Assembly (NCBI GenBank): GCA_965219095.1
Contig: OZ244719.1
Location: 642,142-706,141 of the forward strand
Direction of reading: 5' to 3'
DNA from: Bdellovibrionales bacterium
Lineage (GTDB): Bacteria > Bdellovibrionota > Bdellovibrionia > Bdellovibrionales > UBA1609
Length of the DNA stretch: 64,000 nt
Of the stretch, positions 51,721 to 61,508 are shown piece by piece. The notes below the pieces were generated by a model. It saw nothing but the letters and a program-made list of their open reading frames with translations. It was not told the DNA's origin and did no database searches. Made by a program: the position numbers and the translations under genes. The stretch's first letter is position 1. Each line of letters starts with the position of its first letter.

Positions 51721-52529
51721 TGCCTCAACTGACCCAAAAGATAGTTCTTGTAATCACTTATGACGGCACAGATTTTTGGGGATGGCAAAAACAAGCTTTG
51801 ACCGAGAGGACCGTTCAAGGGGTCTTAGAGAAGGCTCTGGGTCAGTTTTTAGCAGAGCCTATTGTTACAGTAGCTGCAGGTCGAACGGATAGAGGTGGCC
51901 ATGCTTTGAATCAGGTTTTACACTTTTCAACCACTCAAGAGTTTAAAAAATATAAATATTTCACAAAGGCTCTTAATTCCTATTTGCCTCAAAGCATAGT
52001 TGTGAAAAAAGCTTTTCTGATGTCAGAGAAAAAAGATTTTCATGCTTTAAAGAGTGCAGAGTCTAAGATCTACAAGTACCGTATCAGCCAAACACCGGTT
52101 TTATGTCCTTTTGCAAGGCACTTTGTGTACTGGCTGGACCCTCAAAAATTCCAGCTTGATGTAGAAAAACTCCATAATGAGATACAGTGTCTTGTGGGTT
52201 GTTATGACTTTAAAAGCTTTCAAAACCAAGGCACTGAGGTGTTATCAACAGTAAGGCACTTAAGCCAAGCTTCCTGGGAACTTAAAGGGGAGGTTTTTTT
52301 AGAGTTAAGCCTTTGCAGTGATGGTTTCTTGAAACAGATGGTGCGTAACATTGTTGGGGCTCAATTGGAACTTCAAAAGTCTTATAAGAGGGACTCTCTT
52401 GGTAGCCTGAAGGAGATTTTAGAGAAAAAAACAAGGACACAAGCTTTTAAAACAGTTCCTTCAAGGGGACTATTTCTTTCTGAGGTGAAATATCCGTATC
52501 CTCTTGACAAGTGGGGAGTAGAAATCTAA
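51720..52529 (+). CDS. truA: tRNA pseudouridine(38-40) synthase
   Basis: YDGTDF.GWQ.Q, GRTD.G.HA, FLKQMVRNIVG. Confidence 0.95.
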   Translation: MPQLTQKIVLVITYDGTDFWGWQKQALTERTVQGVLEKALGQFLAEPIVTVAAGRTDRGGHALNQVLHFSTTQEFKKYKYFTKALNSYLPQSIVVKKAFLMSEKKDFHALKSAESKIYKYRISQTPVLCPFARHFVYWLDPQKFQLDVEKLHNEIQCLVGCYDFKSFQNQGTEVLSTVRHLSQASWELKGEVFLELSLCSDGFLKQMVRNIVGAQLELQKSYKRDSLGSLKEILEKKTRTQAFKTVPSRGLFLSEVKYPYPLDKWGVEI

Positions 52530-52543
52530 AACTAAAGTTCGTA

Positions 52544-52978
52544 ATGAAAACGTGGATGGCTAAAGAGACAACAAAAAAACCCTCTTGGTGGCTTGTGGAT
52601 GCTTCAGGAAGGAATTTAGGGCGTTTATCTTCGCAGATTGCTATAGTTTTGCGGGGAAAACACATCCCTGAGTTTACCCCCCATGTTGACCTAGGAGATT
52701 TTGTTGTAGTGATCAACTGTGAAAAAATACTTTTGACAGGAAAGAAAGAGGACAAAAAAATCTACCAACATCATACCTCTTACATAGGGGGACTTAAGCA
52801 GAAGTCATGGAAAGAAATGAAGAAAAAGAACGCATGCTTTCTTATAGAGCATGCTGTAAAAGGAATGCTACCTAAGAATCGTTTAGGTCGCAAAATCTTT
52901 AATAAGTTAAAAGTTTATGAAGGCCCTGAGCACCCCCATCATGCACAAAAACCCCAGGCCTATCCATTATTCAATTAA
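52544..52978 (+). CDS. rplM: 50S ribosomal protein L13
   Basis: W..VDA....LGRL, FTPHVD.GD, GMLPKN, HPHHAQ. Confidence 0.98.
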   Translation: MKTWMAKETTKKPSWWLVDASGRNLGRLSSQIAIVLRGKHIPEFTPHVDLGDFVVVINCEKILLTGKKEDKKIYQHHTSYIGGLKQKSWKEMKKKNACFLIEHAVKGMLPKNRLGRKIFNKLKVYEGPEHPHHAQKPQAYPLFN

Positions 52979-53000
52979 AGGGAAGTAGGAGTGTGTCAGT

Positions 53001-53399
53001 ATGCTAGAATCTAAAGAAGTTTATTATGCCACAGGAAGAAGAAAGACCAGTTCGGCGAAAGTTTATCTAAGGCGGGGAAAAGGCTCTATTACGATCAATA
53101 AAAAAGACTATAAAAACTATTTTCCATCCTTTTATAGGCAAGCCTTTATTGAAGAACCTTTGAAAAAAACCCAAAGTAGAAAGCTTTACGATATAACAGT
53201 TTCTGTCTCAGGAGGTGGTGAAACGGGACAAATGGGTGCTATTCGACATGGCTTAAGTCGTGTTTTAACCCTTGTGGAGCTTAAAAACAGAGCTTCTTTA
53301 AAGAGTGCTGGTTTTTTGACACGTGATTCTCGCAAAGTAGAAAGGAAGAAGTATGGTAGGCACAAGGCAAGAAAAAGCACACAATTTTCAAAAAGGTAG
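53001..53399 (+). CDS. rpsI: 30S ribosomal protein S9
   Basis: GRRKTS, GGG.TGQ, LTRDSRKVERKKYG...QFSKR. Confidence 0.98.
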   Translation: MLESKEVYYATGRRKTSSAKVYLRRGKGSITINKKDYKNYFPSFYRQAFIEEPLKKTQSRKLYDITVSVSGGGETGQMGAIRHGLSRVLTLVELKNRASLKSAGFLTRDSRKVERKKYGRHKARKSTQFSKR

Positions 53400-53441
53400 T
53401 AAGAATGAATGATATTTTTTTCATTTTATTATAAGTTTATC

Positions 53442-53468
53442 TTGACATAAGAATAATATTACATTATG
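53442..53468 (+). promoter_or_regulatory. Sigma70-like promoter region shared by OMP paralogs 1 and 2
   Basis: TTGACAT.AGAATAATATTACATTA also occurs near 56651; both leaders share TAGGTGAAACTGTGTAAAA. Confidence 0.55.
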
Positions 53469-53585
53469 TTTAAGCGTGAAATATAGAGGAAAAGAAATAG
53501 AAATAGGTGAAACTGTGTAAAAAATATAAAGAGGTAAATAAAAAAAGAAATAAACAAATAAGAACAAATAAAAGGAGGATAAAAT

Positions 53586-54287
53586 ATGCAATCAATCAAA
53601 AAAATAAGTCTCATAGTAGGAGTTTTAGCTTTTGCAAATCTAGCTTCTGCAGCTATGTCTGACTACAATATATACGTGGGAGCAGGCGTTAACATGTTCA
53701 AACCAAAAAATAAGTTCGATGATGGAAAGGAAGATGTGAAAGCTTCACAAGAGAGGATAACTTATAACAACAAAGTAGGTTTTAATGCTGGTGCTTTAGG
53801 CTATATCAAAATGGCTGACATGATTTCACTTAGAACTGGGGTTTTCTACTCTATGAAAAATTTTCAAATGAATGATGGTGGGACTCCTGCTGGTGACAAC
53901 AACGACCCTCCTGCTGGTAATTCTAAGGCGAATGAAGTCACTTTGTCTTATGTGGATGTTCCTGTGACCTTAGCTTACTCTATGAACAAAATGGCTCATA
54001 TTTATGGGGGAGCAAATGTTAGCTTTAAAGTGAACTACTCTGAGGAAACGGAATTTACTAGTGACATTGTTAAAGATGATAACCTAAAGAGCTTTCTTAT
54101 TACAGGAACTATTGGTGGTCAGTTCAATGTTATGGATCGTGTAGGTGTTGATGTTTACGCTGAAATGGGCTTTGGTTCTCTTTTGGACGTTCCTGAGGCT
54201 ACTGATAGTACTACAGAGGATCCTGATAACAACGATGTCGCAAAAAGCCCTCTTGGTTTCGGAGCTCGTCTTCTTTATAGATTCTAA
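53586..54287 (+). CDS. Outer-membrane beta-barrel protein, paralog 1
   Basis: Signal peptide, amphipathic strands, LSYVDVP, C-terminal YRF. Confidence 0.85.
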   Translation: MQSIKKISLIVGVLAFANLASAAMSDYNIYVGAGVNMFKPKNKFDDGKEDVKASQERITYNNKVGFNAGALGYIKMADMISLRTGVFYSMKNFQMNDGGTPAGDNNDPPAGNSKANEVTLSYVDVPVTLAYSMNKMAHIYGGANVSFKVNYSEETEFTSDIVKDDNLKSFLITGTIGGQFNVMDRVGVDVYAEMGFGSLLDVPEATDSTTEDPDNNDVAKSPLGFGARLLYRF

Positions 54288-54330
54288 TCTAAGTTAGAAG
54301 TAAGGCGTTCTACAAACCCTAAAAGCTTTT

Positions 54331-54360
54331 CCCGACTTTCTTACACATTTGAAAGTCGGG
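54331..54360. terminator. Hairpin after OMP paralog 1
   Basis: CCCGACTTTC-10nt-GAAAGTCGGG. Confidence 0.6.
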
Positions 54361-54506
54361 GAAATTAAGTTCAAAATATAGTTTTTTATAGGACCTAACA
54401 AGGCTTTTTCTTTTTTTTATTAGTTGAAAATCAAGGGTTATGTTTAGGGTGTGTCCTCATTTACCCAGACCTTTTTCAAGACCTTAGGTGTGTTGAATAT
54501 CTATAA

Positions 54507-55548
54507 ACCCGAGTTTCGACTTTTATATATTGCTCAGAAGCCCCTGTTCTTGAGTTTTAAGTTGAATGGAAGGTTTTAGGTTTTAAGTAAGTACGAGATG
54601 AGAGTACCTAAAAGATTGATGACAAAGTTTTGTGGGCTACGATGGCAAGAATGCTCAAGATGAAACTCTCCTTTTAACACTCCAATCACTGACCTCCATA
54701 ACAGAACGTTTTTTCAACATCAACTTGTCAAATAAGGGAATCAATTTATTCTTCATATTTAATTTGACGTTTGTAATAAGCTTAACTCCCTTTTTTAAAA
54801 GCTTTTTGAAAAGGTCTGATGAAATATAACCTTTGTCTCCAAAAAGTTTCCCCACCAGCCCTTTACTATAAATCTATAACTTAGCTTTCGATCATCTACA
54901 TTTCTCGGAGTTAAGGTAAAACTTAAAAGTTCTCCGAGGTGATTGATAACAATATGGAGTTTAAATCCGAAGAACCAGCCTATGACTTCTTTTACCTTTT
55001 TTTAGCTAACTTTTGAAACACTTTATTTCGTCCCATTCTTTTATTTTTGAAGAAAAATCGATGTGGAATCAATAAATGTATGCCTGTGGTTTTACTCATA
55101 AGGCTTGTCGAGAAAAGAAACATCAAAGGAGCCTCTTCTTTTTTTATGTTCACAAATCGGGAGTAAGACAACATTTTAGGAAAATAAGGTTTAAGATAGA
55201 CTTTTGCAAACTGGTAAAAGGCTTTAAAATTCCTAAAGCCAGAACTTTGGAAAAGTAAGATAAAGAGTGATAATTTCGCTGGGAGACATAGCACAAGAAA
55301 AACCTCTTTTATTTTTAGCAAACTAGTTCTAGATGCTGCTGTATGAGAGGGGTTAAAAAATCATCGACAAGAACATAAATTGATATGATATAATTAGAAT
55401 TAAACATCTTAGACCTCCTTGTATGTTTTTTTATAACTCTCAAGTTGTTTTTCCTTGTAAGTTGCTTCTTCAAGAAAACCTTACAAAGGTCTGAGGTGTT
55501 TGTTGATATCAGCTAGCCTTTAGCCTTGAAAAAAGTCAAAACTCGGGT
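54507..55548 (-). mobile_element. IS982-family element, degenerate
   Basis: ACCCGAGTTT.GACTTTT ends; fragmented transposase (SYSRF, GWFFGFKLH, GDKGYIS, LEHS.HRS). Confidence 0.88.
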
Positions 55549-55663
55549 TAATAAAATTGATGCTCTAAAAGAGATTTTATTTCAAAAATGCTCCAAAGTT
55601 GATCGATTCTCCTAGCCTTTTATCTGGATTTTTAAAAAACTCTGACTTTTTCACGGACGACTA

Positions 55664-56534
55664 GGGCGTGTCCTCATTTGACTGGACCTTTGCTTTGAAG
55701 TTTAAGCCAAATAAACATACACGCTATAGATAGTATAGCTTTGAAATTTCTAGCAAGCTTTTCAAATCGAGTAGCAATGCCTCTAAAATGTTTAAGACGA
55801 GCAAAAAGGTTTTCTATCTGATGTCGAGATTTATAAATATGACGATCAAAATCTTTATTTTTCTTTTTGCTATTTTTTCGTCTCGGTATTACAGGCTTTA
55901 TCTTCTTACTATGAGCTTTATCTCGTATCTCATCTGAATCATAGGCCTTATCAGCAATCAAATACTCACTATGAAACTCATCAATTAAATCACCTGCAAC
56001 TTGACTGTCGTGGACTTCACCCCCAGTGATTTTAAAACAGAGCGGATTTCCATGCGCATCGGAGGCCATGTGTATTTTTGTTGTGGTTCCGCCTCTAGAT
56101 TTTCCCACAGCACGACTTTCTCCACGCCGAGCTCCACTAGCATGCTGATGAACCGATACGTAACTTCCGTCGATGGACACCCACTCTGTATCAACGTCTT
56201 CTTGTAAAGTAAAAAAAAATTATTCCATAGCCCTTTTTGTGCCCATCTATTAAAGCGGTTATATGCTGTCTTCCAAGGACAGAACTGTTCAGGAATGTCA
56301 CGCCACGGACTGCCTGTACGTAATTTTCATAAAATGGCTTCCATAATATTTCTATTGTTTGCTGAATGATAACAGCCCTTCCCTCTTATAATAGCTTCCA
56401 GCTCTTTCCACATAGAATCTGTTAAAACTTTTCTTAACATAAATACCCCCTTTGTTATGAGCTTTTTACAATCTTTATAAATATTCAACAGGCCTAAGGT
56501 CTTGAAAAAGGTCTAGGCAAATGAGGACACGCCC
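55664..56534 (-). mobile_element. IS5-family (IS427-like) element with nonsense codon in OrfA
   Basis: IR GGGCGTGTCCTCATTT, TA duplication; OrfA from 56440 with in-frame TGA; T9 frameshift site; OrfB IDGSYV, GKSRGG.TTKIH, ADKAYD, IENLFARLK. Confidence 0.9.
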
Positions 56535-56787
56535 TAGGTAAGAATTCTTATTTGTTTTGTCTTGTTAGAGAAGGGTCTAGGGTTGCAAGTTGTTGCTTAT
56601 TAGTTATGTGTACCTTTATATTTTATCATATCATAAGCTTCTATTGACTATTGACATCAGAATAATATTACATTACCTTTAATATAGAGTTAGGTAGAGT
56701 TAGGTGAAACTGTGTAAAAGAGTAATATAAAAGGTAAATAAAAATAAAAAAAAGAAATAAAAATAAAAAAATAATAAGGAGGATAAA

Positions 56788-57459
56788 ATGCAATCAATCA
56801 AAAAACTAAGTCTTATAGTAGGAGTTTTAGCTTTCGCAAGCCTAGCTTCTGCAGCTATGTCTGACTACAACATTTACGTAGGAGTAGGTGTTAACATGTT
56901 CAAACCAAAAAATAAGTTCGATAACCCAAATACTGATGACGATGCAGGAAACGAGAAAGTGACTTATAACAACAAAATAGGTTTTAATGCTGGTGCCTTA
57001 GGTTATATTAAAATGGCTGACATGATTTCACTTAGAACTGGGGTTTTCTACTCTATGAAAAATTTCAAAGTGAAAGATGGCGAAACTACACCTAAAATGA
57101 ACGAAGTCAACTTGTCTTATGTGGACATTCCTGTGACCTTAGCTTACTCTATGAACAAAATGGCTCATATTTATGGGGGAGCAAATGTTAGCTTTAAAGT
57201 GAACTACTCTGAGGATATGGAAAACAGCTTTGCTGATGGTGCAAAAATCGTCAATGATGAGAACCTAAAAAGTTTTCTTATTACAGGAACTGTTGGTGGT
57301 CAGTTTAATGTTATGGATCGTGTAGGTGTTGATGTTTACGCTGAAATGGGCTTTGGCTCTCTTTTAGACACTGGAGATGACGACGAAGCTGATGGTGATA
57401 ACAACGATCTTGCAAAGAGCCCTCTTGGTTTCGGAGCTCGCCTTTTTTACAAGTTCTAA
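56788..57459 (+). CDS. Outer-membrane beta-barrel protein, paralog 2
   Basis: Nearly identical to paralog 1 outside four loops; ends YKF. Confidence 0.87.
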   Translation: MQSIKKLSLIVGVLAFASLASAAMSDYNIYVGVGVNMFKPKNKFDNPNTDDDAGNEKVTYNNKIGFNAGALGYIKMADMISLRTGVFYSMKNFKVKDGETTPKMNEVNLSYVDIPVTLAYSMNKMAHIYGGANVSFKVNYSEDMENSFADGAKIVNDENLKSFLITGTVGGQFNVMDRVGVDVYAEMGFGSLLDTGDDDEADGDNNDLAKSPLGFGARLFYKF

Positions 57460-57479
57460 TGTTTTACAACTTTCGCAAT

Positions 57480-57512
57480 AAAAAACTCCCCTTAATGTAG
57501 GGGGAGTTTTTT
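57480..57512 (+). terminator. Rho-independent terminator between OMP paralogs 2 and 3
   Basis: AAAAAACTCCCCT..AGGGGGAGTTTTTT. Confidence 0.75.
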
Positions 57513-57538
57513 AAAAAAATAGGTAGGGAGGAGGTTCT

Positions 57539-58165
57539 ATGAAAAAGATTAAAAGAATTTTTATTGTATTTTTTTTCATTTGTTTTTCTCAGGTTCAAGC
57601 TGGAATGCCTGATTATGATCTTTATGTAGGTTTGGGAGTTAACTTTTTTAAACCTAAAGACAATAGTACTTCTCAAGGGAGGTTTAGCAGTAACTTTTCT
57701 TACTCTAATAAATTGGGTTTTAACGGTGGAGCTTTAGCTTATATTAAGATGGGAAATAAACTTTCCTTACGCACAGGTTTGTTAGCTTCTTTAAGAAAAT
57801 TTGCATTACAACTACCTAATCAAAATATTCCAGAGCAAAATGACTATAGCTTGTCCTATGTTGATCTTCCTTTAACTCTTTCCTATTCTATGGCAGATCA
57901 GGTCTATGTTTATGGAGGGGGTATTTTAGGCTATAGGTTTAGTTTTTCTTCCAATCAGTTAACGAGAAATTCTAATTTTGATTTTGATCAAGCCAATTTT
58001 AAAACCTATCTTTTAGGCCTCACCTTAGGGGTTCATTTCAATTTTATGGAGGCCATAGGTGTTGATGCTTATGCAGAGATGGGTTTAGGGTCTTTACTCA
58101 AGCAAAATGGTGATCAAGCTACAAACCCTATTGGTTTTGGATTACGAGCTTTGTACAAATTCTAA
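57539..58165 (+). CDS. Outer-membrane beta-barrel protein, paralog 3 (diverged)
   Basis: Same scaffold (YVG.GVN.FKPK, LSYVDLP, YAEMG.GSLL, YKF). Confidence 0.85.
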   Translation: MKKIKRIFIVFFFICFSQVQAGMPDYDLYVGLGVNFFKPKDNSTSQGRFSSNFSYSNKLGFNGGALAYIKMGNKLSLRTGLLASLRKFALQLPNQNIPEQNDYSLSYVDLPLTLSYSMADQVYVYGGGILGYRFSFSSNQLTRNSNFDFDQANFKTYLLGLTLGVHFNFMEAIGVDAYAEMGLGSLLKQNGDQATNPIGFGLRALYKF

Positions 58166-58315
58166 GCTTCTCTCTTTTCATTGGCATTTGTCTTACGGAT
58201 TTTTGAGAAAAAACAAGAGGTTTTTTAATTTTAAAGGCCTTTTGTTTTCTCTAGGGCTTTTGCAAAGCATTAAATCAGATGAAAAAAACATTAAATTCAA
58301 GTAGAATATATATGT

Positions 58316-58624
58316 ATGGGAACAAAAACCGAGACCATTGTAAGGCCAAAAAGTCGAGAGAGGTTGAAAAAACCTAGTCAGTATAAAGTTGTTATGCTAA
58401 ATGATGATTTTACGCCTGTAGATTTTGTGGTCCTTGTTTTAGAGAAAATCTTTAACAGAAGTTCTAATGAAGCTCATAGGATTATGAAAGAGGTTCATAA
58501 TAAGGGCTCAGGGGTGGCAGGTATTTTCCATTACGAATTAGCTGAAACAAAAGCTCATCAAGCTAACTCTTATTCACATTCTCATAAATACCCTCTGCAA
58601 TGTGTTTTAGAAAAAAAGAAATAA
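58316..58624 (+). CDS. clpS: ATP-dependent Clp protease adaptor ClpS
   Basis: YKVVMLNDDFTP.DFVV.VL, VHNKG, AETK, YPLQC. Confidence 0.95.
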   Translation: MGTKTETIVRPKSRERLKKPSQYKVVMLNDDFTPVDFVVLVLEKIFNRSSNEAHRIMKEVHNKGSGVAGIFHYELAETKAHQANSYSHSHKYPLQCVLEKKK

Positions 58625-58922
58625 CTTTTTTCAAACTTCAACGGAATTTACGGACATCCTTCTAATTTTTACTTTTAATTTTTCAGTGTACTACAGATAT
58701 CCTCATTAATTTTGTAATTGGTATAACAAGCTTTTAAAGATATTGTTGATTCCTGATATAAAATCTTGTGAGCAAAAGAAAGACGGTGAGGAACATAAAA
58801 AAGAGTGGACTGCACTGAAAAATAAAGCAAACTGAGGTCATTCAAAAGAAACCCTCTTAAAATCTGATTAGAAGAGTTAGACTCATCTAAGAAGTAAGCT
58901 CATAAAAAGGAGCTTACTATTA

Positions 58923-59179
58923 ACCCGAGTTTCGACTTTTATATATTGCTCAGAGGCCCCTGTTCTTGAGTTTTAAGTTGAATGGAGGGTTTTTTAGGTT
59001 TTAAACAAAGGAGATGAGAGTACCTAAAAGATTGATGACAAAGTTTTGTGGGCTACGATGGCGAGAATGCTCAAGATGAAACTCTCCTTTTAACACTCCA
59101 ATCACTGTTTCCACAACAGAACGTTTTTTCAACATCAACTTGTCAAATAAGGGAATCAATTTATTCTTCATATTTAATT
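58923..59179 (-). pseudogene. IS982 3' fragment
   Basis: ACCCGAGTTTCGAC end; matches 54507-54765. Confidence 0.85.
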
Positions 59180-59210
59180 TGTAATAGTCGCAACTTAATC
59201 TGACACGTCT
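59180..59210 (+). mobile_element. Isolated IS481 left end (31 bp)
   Basis: TGTAATAGTCGCAACTTAATCTGACACGTCT identical to 62724-62754. Confidence 0.85.
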
Positions 59211-61080
59211 TGAATCTTTAATTCCTCCCACTCACTGTCCTTAGGATAACCATACTGCTGTGCTATATCAGAAAGTTCTTCGTCTGTGAGCTTATGATCT
59301 ACTCTTATCTCTTTTAAGGCCTTCACCTCCCCTTCTTTAGAAGCAGGAACTAAACTCTCAGATTCAAGAAGAATTGTCTTTTTAAGCTTCTTTCTACTAC
59401 GAGAAGATAGTTTTCTTTTTTCACTGGATTTTCCAAATACTATTTTCTTGAACTTACTAAGTAGCTCATCATTAAAAAGCTTTAATTGATCTTCTTTGGC
59501 CTTTTTCTTCTTAAGTTCATTTAATTCTCCTTTTAAAAGATTATTTTCTTTTAAAAGGAGAATGAGTTCATTAGAAATCAACTTTACATTTGAGGATGTC
59601 CCATTTCTCGGTGGAATTCTGCTCAAAAATGGAGCAGAGTAAGAGGGCTCCCTGGTGGATTTTTAAGTCCACCTAGGGTTTAATAAATATTAGAATGAAT
59701 TAAAAACTAAACGAAAGGAGCCCCAAATGAAGAATACAAAAGAAAAAATATCAATTCAAGAACTATCGGATCACAAGGAGATTCAAGATGCTGTTCATAA
59801 CTATATGAAGCATAGAATTCTTGACGTAATCTACCGGATGTTTAATGACGAAGTCACTAAGCTGTGTGGTCCACTATACAATCGAGAGAAAGAATGCATG
59901 CGAAGTGGAAGCGATCCTGGGTCTGTTTATGCTCAAGGACAAAGAGTTTCAATTCGAAAGCCCAGAGTTAAAAAAGACGGAAAAGATATCAAACTACAAA
60001 CATACTCTGCCTTGAGAAATTACGATGTTTTCACTGAAAAGATTCAAAACCACCTTTTCCATGGAGTTTCAACAAGGGACTACGATCCTCTTTTAGAGGA
60101 GATTTCTGGTGGCACAGGAGTTAAGAAGAGTTCTGTTTCTAGAGCTTTTGTAAATTCCTCTAAGAAGGCTTTAGATGAGATAAGCTCTAAGGACTTGTCT
60201 AAGCATGAGTTTGTTTCAGTCATGATAGATGGAGTAGGCTTTGGAGATCGTACAGTGGTGGTTGCTTTAGGTATCGACGTGACGGGCAAAAAGCACATTA
60301 TAGGGTTACGAGAAGGAACTACAGAAAATTGCGAGCTGACAAAAGATCTTTTAGAGAACCTTGTTTCTAGAGGTATGGATTCAGATAAGGGCTATCTTTT
60401 TATTATTGATGGTTCTAAAGCTCTAAGGAAGGCTATCAAGGCAGTTTGGGGAAAAAAGTCTGTTGTTCAACGTTGCATTCGTCACAAAGAAAGAAATATC
60501 CTCAATTATTTGCCAAAAGAAAGACATCAAGAGTTTCGCATTCGTTGGAAAAGACTTCATGGTTCAGTAGATTATGAATCGGCTTTGAAAGAGCATGAGG
60601 AGTTAGTTTGTTGGTTGAAACAGATCAACCATTCAGCTTTAGAATCTCTTGAAGAAGCTTGTAAGGAGACTTTGACTGTGATTCGTCTTAAAGCTACCCC
60701 CTCCTTAAAAAAGACTTTACTGTCTACAAATCCTATAGAGTCCATGTTTTCCTACACAAGGTATAGAACAGGGAGAGTTAAGAACTGGAAAAGAGGAGCA
60801 GACCAAGTGAGTCGTTGGGCTGCTGTTACTCTCTTTGATGCTGAGAAAAGATTTAAACGAATCAGAGGCTTTATGTATTTAAAAAACTTTAAAGAAAACT
60901 TAGAAAAAATGGTTGCAAAACAAAGAAAGGTCGCTTAAACATGAAATCGCCCTCTAACTAATTCCACCGAGAAATGGGACATCCTCTTACATTTTCCAGA
61001 TCTTTTTCCTCTTGAAGAAATGAAGGAAGATGCTTGTATTCAGGGTTTTCGCTTTTTTTTAAATAAGGAAAAAGACTCAT
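59211..61080 (-). pseudogene. IS66 tnpC 5' part, split by IS256 and truncated
   Basis: Removing IS256 rejoins MSLFPYLKKSENPEYK...ENVKLISNEL...FGKSSEK; lies downstream of tnpB. Confidence 0.75.
59592..60986 (+). mobile_element. IS256-family element, intact (transposase 59727-60938)
   Basis: IR GAGGATGTCCCATTTCTCGGTGGAATT; 8-bp TSD TTACATTT; GVSTR, IDG, QRCIRHK.RN, STNPIES. Confidence 0.96.
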
Positions 61081-61171
61081 CTGCATACATTAATGTCAAC
61101 ATGTCTGTTTTTGTTTTGCAAGCTTTTTTTTAAAAAAAATAAAAAAAATTTAAAAAAATAATCTAAAAAAA

Positions 61172-61501
61172 TTATCTTTTCTTAAGCTCGTACTTTCTTA
61201 AAATTGAACCATGAACTAAAAGATTCAATTCACTCCTTGTTAACTCGGGAGAACTTAAATCACTTAAACTCATAAACCTTTCTTTCTCCATCCTCTTTGT
61301 TAGTAAAACAAGACCACTCCCATCATAGAACAGCCCTTTTAATCTCCTTCTATTAAAACCTAGAAAGAGATAAAGATCTCCTAAGTTGATCTCTCCTTCC
61401 ATCTCACTTCTCACCAGATAACTCAACCTCTCAAAACTCCATCGCATGTCTATCTTTTGAGAGTAGACAAAAATACGATAGCCTTCAGATAAAAAGATCA
61501 T
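61172..61501 (-). CDS. IS66 accessory protein TnpB (Orf2)
   Basis: IDMRWSFERL, LYLF...RR.LK.L.YDGSG..L..KR.E. Confidence 0.88.
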   Translation of the reverse strand: MIFLSEGYRIFVYSQKIDMRWSFERLSYLVRSEMEGEINLGDLYLFLGFNRRRLKGLFYDGSGLVLLTKRMEKERFMSLSDLSSPELTRSELNLLVHGSILRKYELKKR

Positions 61502-61508
61502 AAACTCC

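Noticed and set aside
48680..52755. Minus-strand ORFs opposite top6B, top6A, truA and rplM (also 4134-4541, 6542-6934, 16072-16479, 23056-23343)
   Set aside because: Antisense shadows of well-supported genes with no motifs
6670..56330. In-frame TGA at Trp positions in two transposases, suggesting genetic code 4 or 25
   Set aside because: Core genes have no internal TGA and several end in TGA (dnaJ, top6A); these are pseudogene mutations
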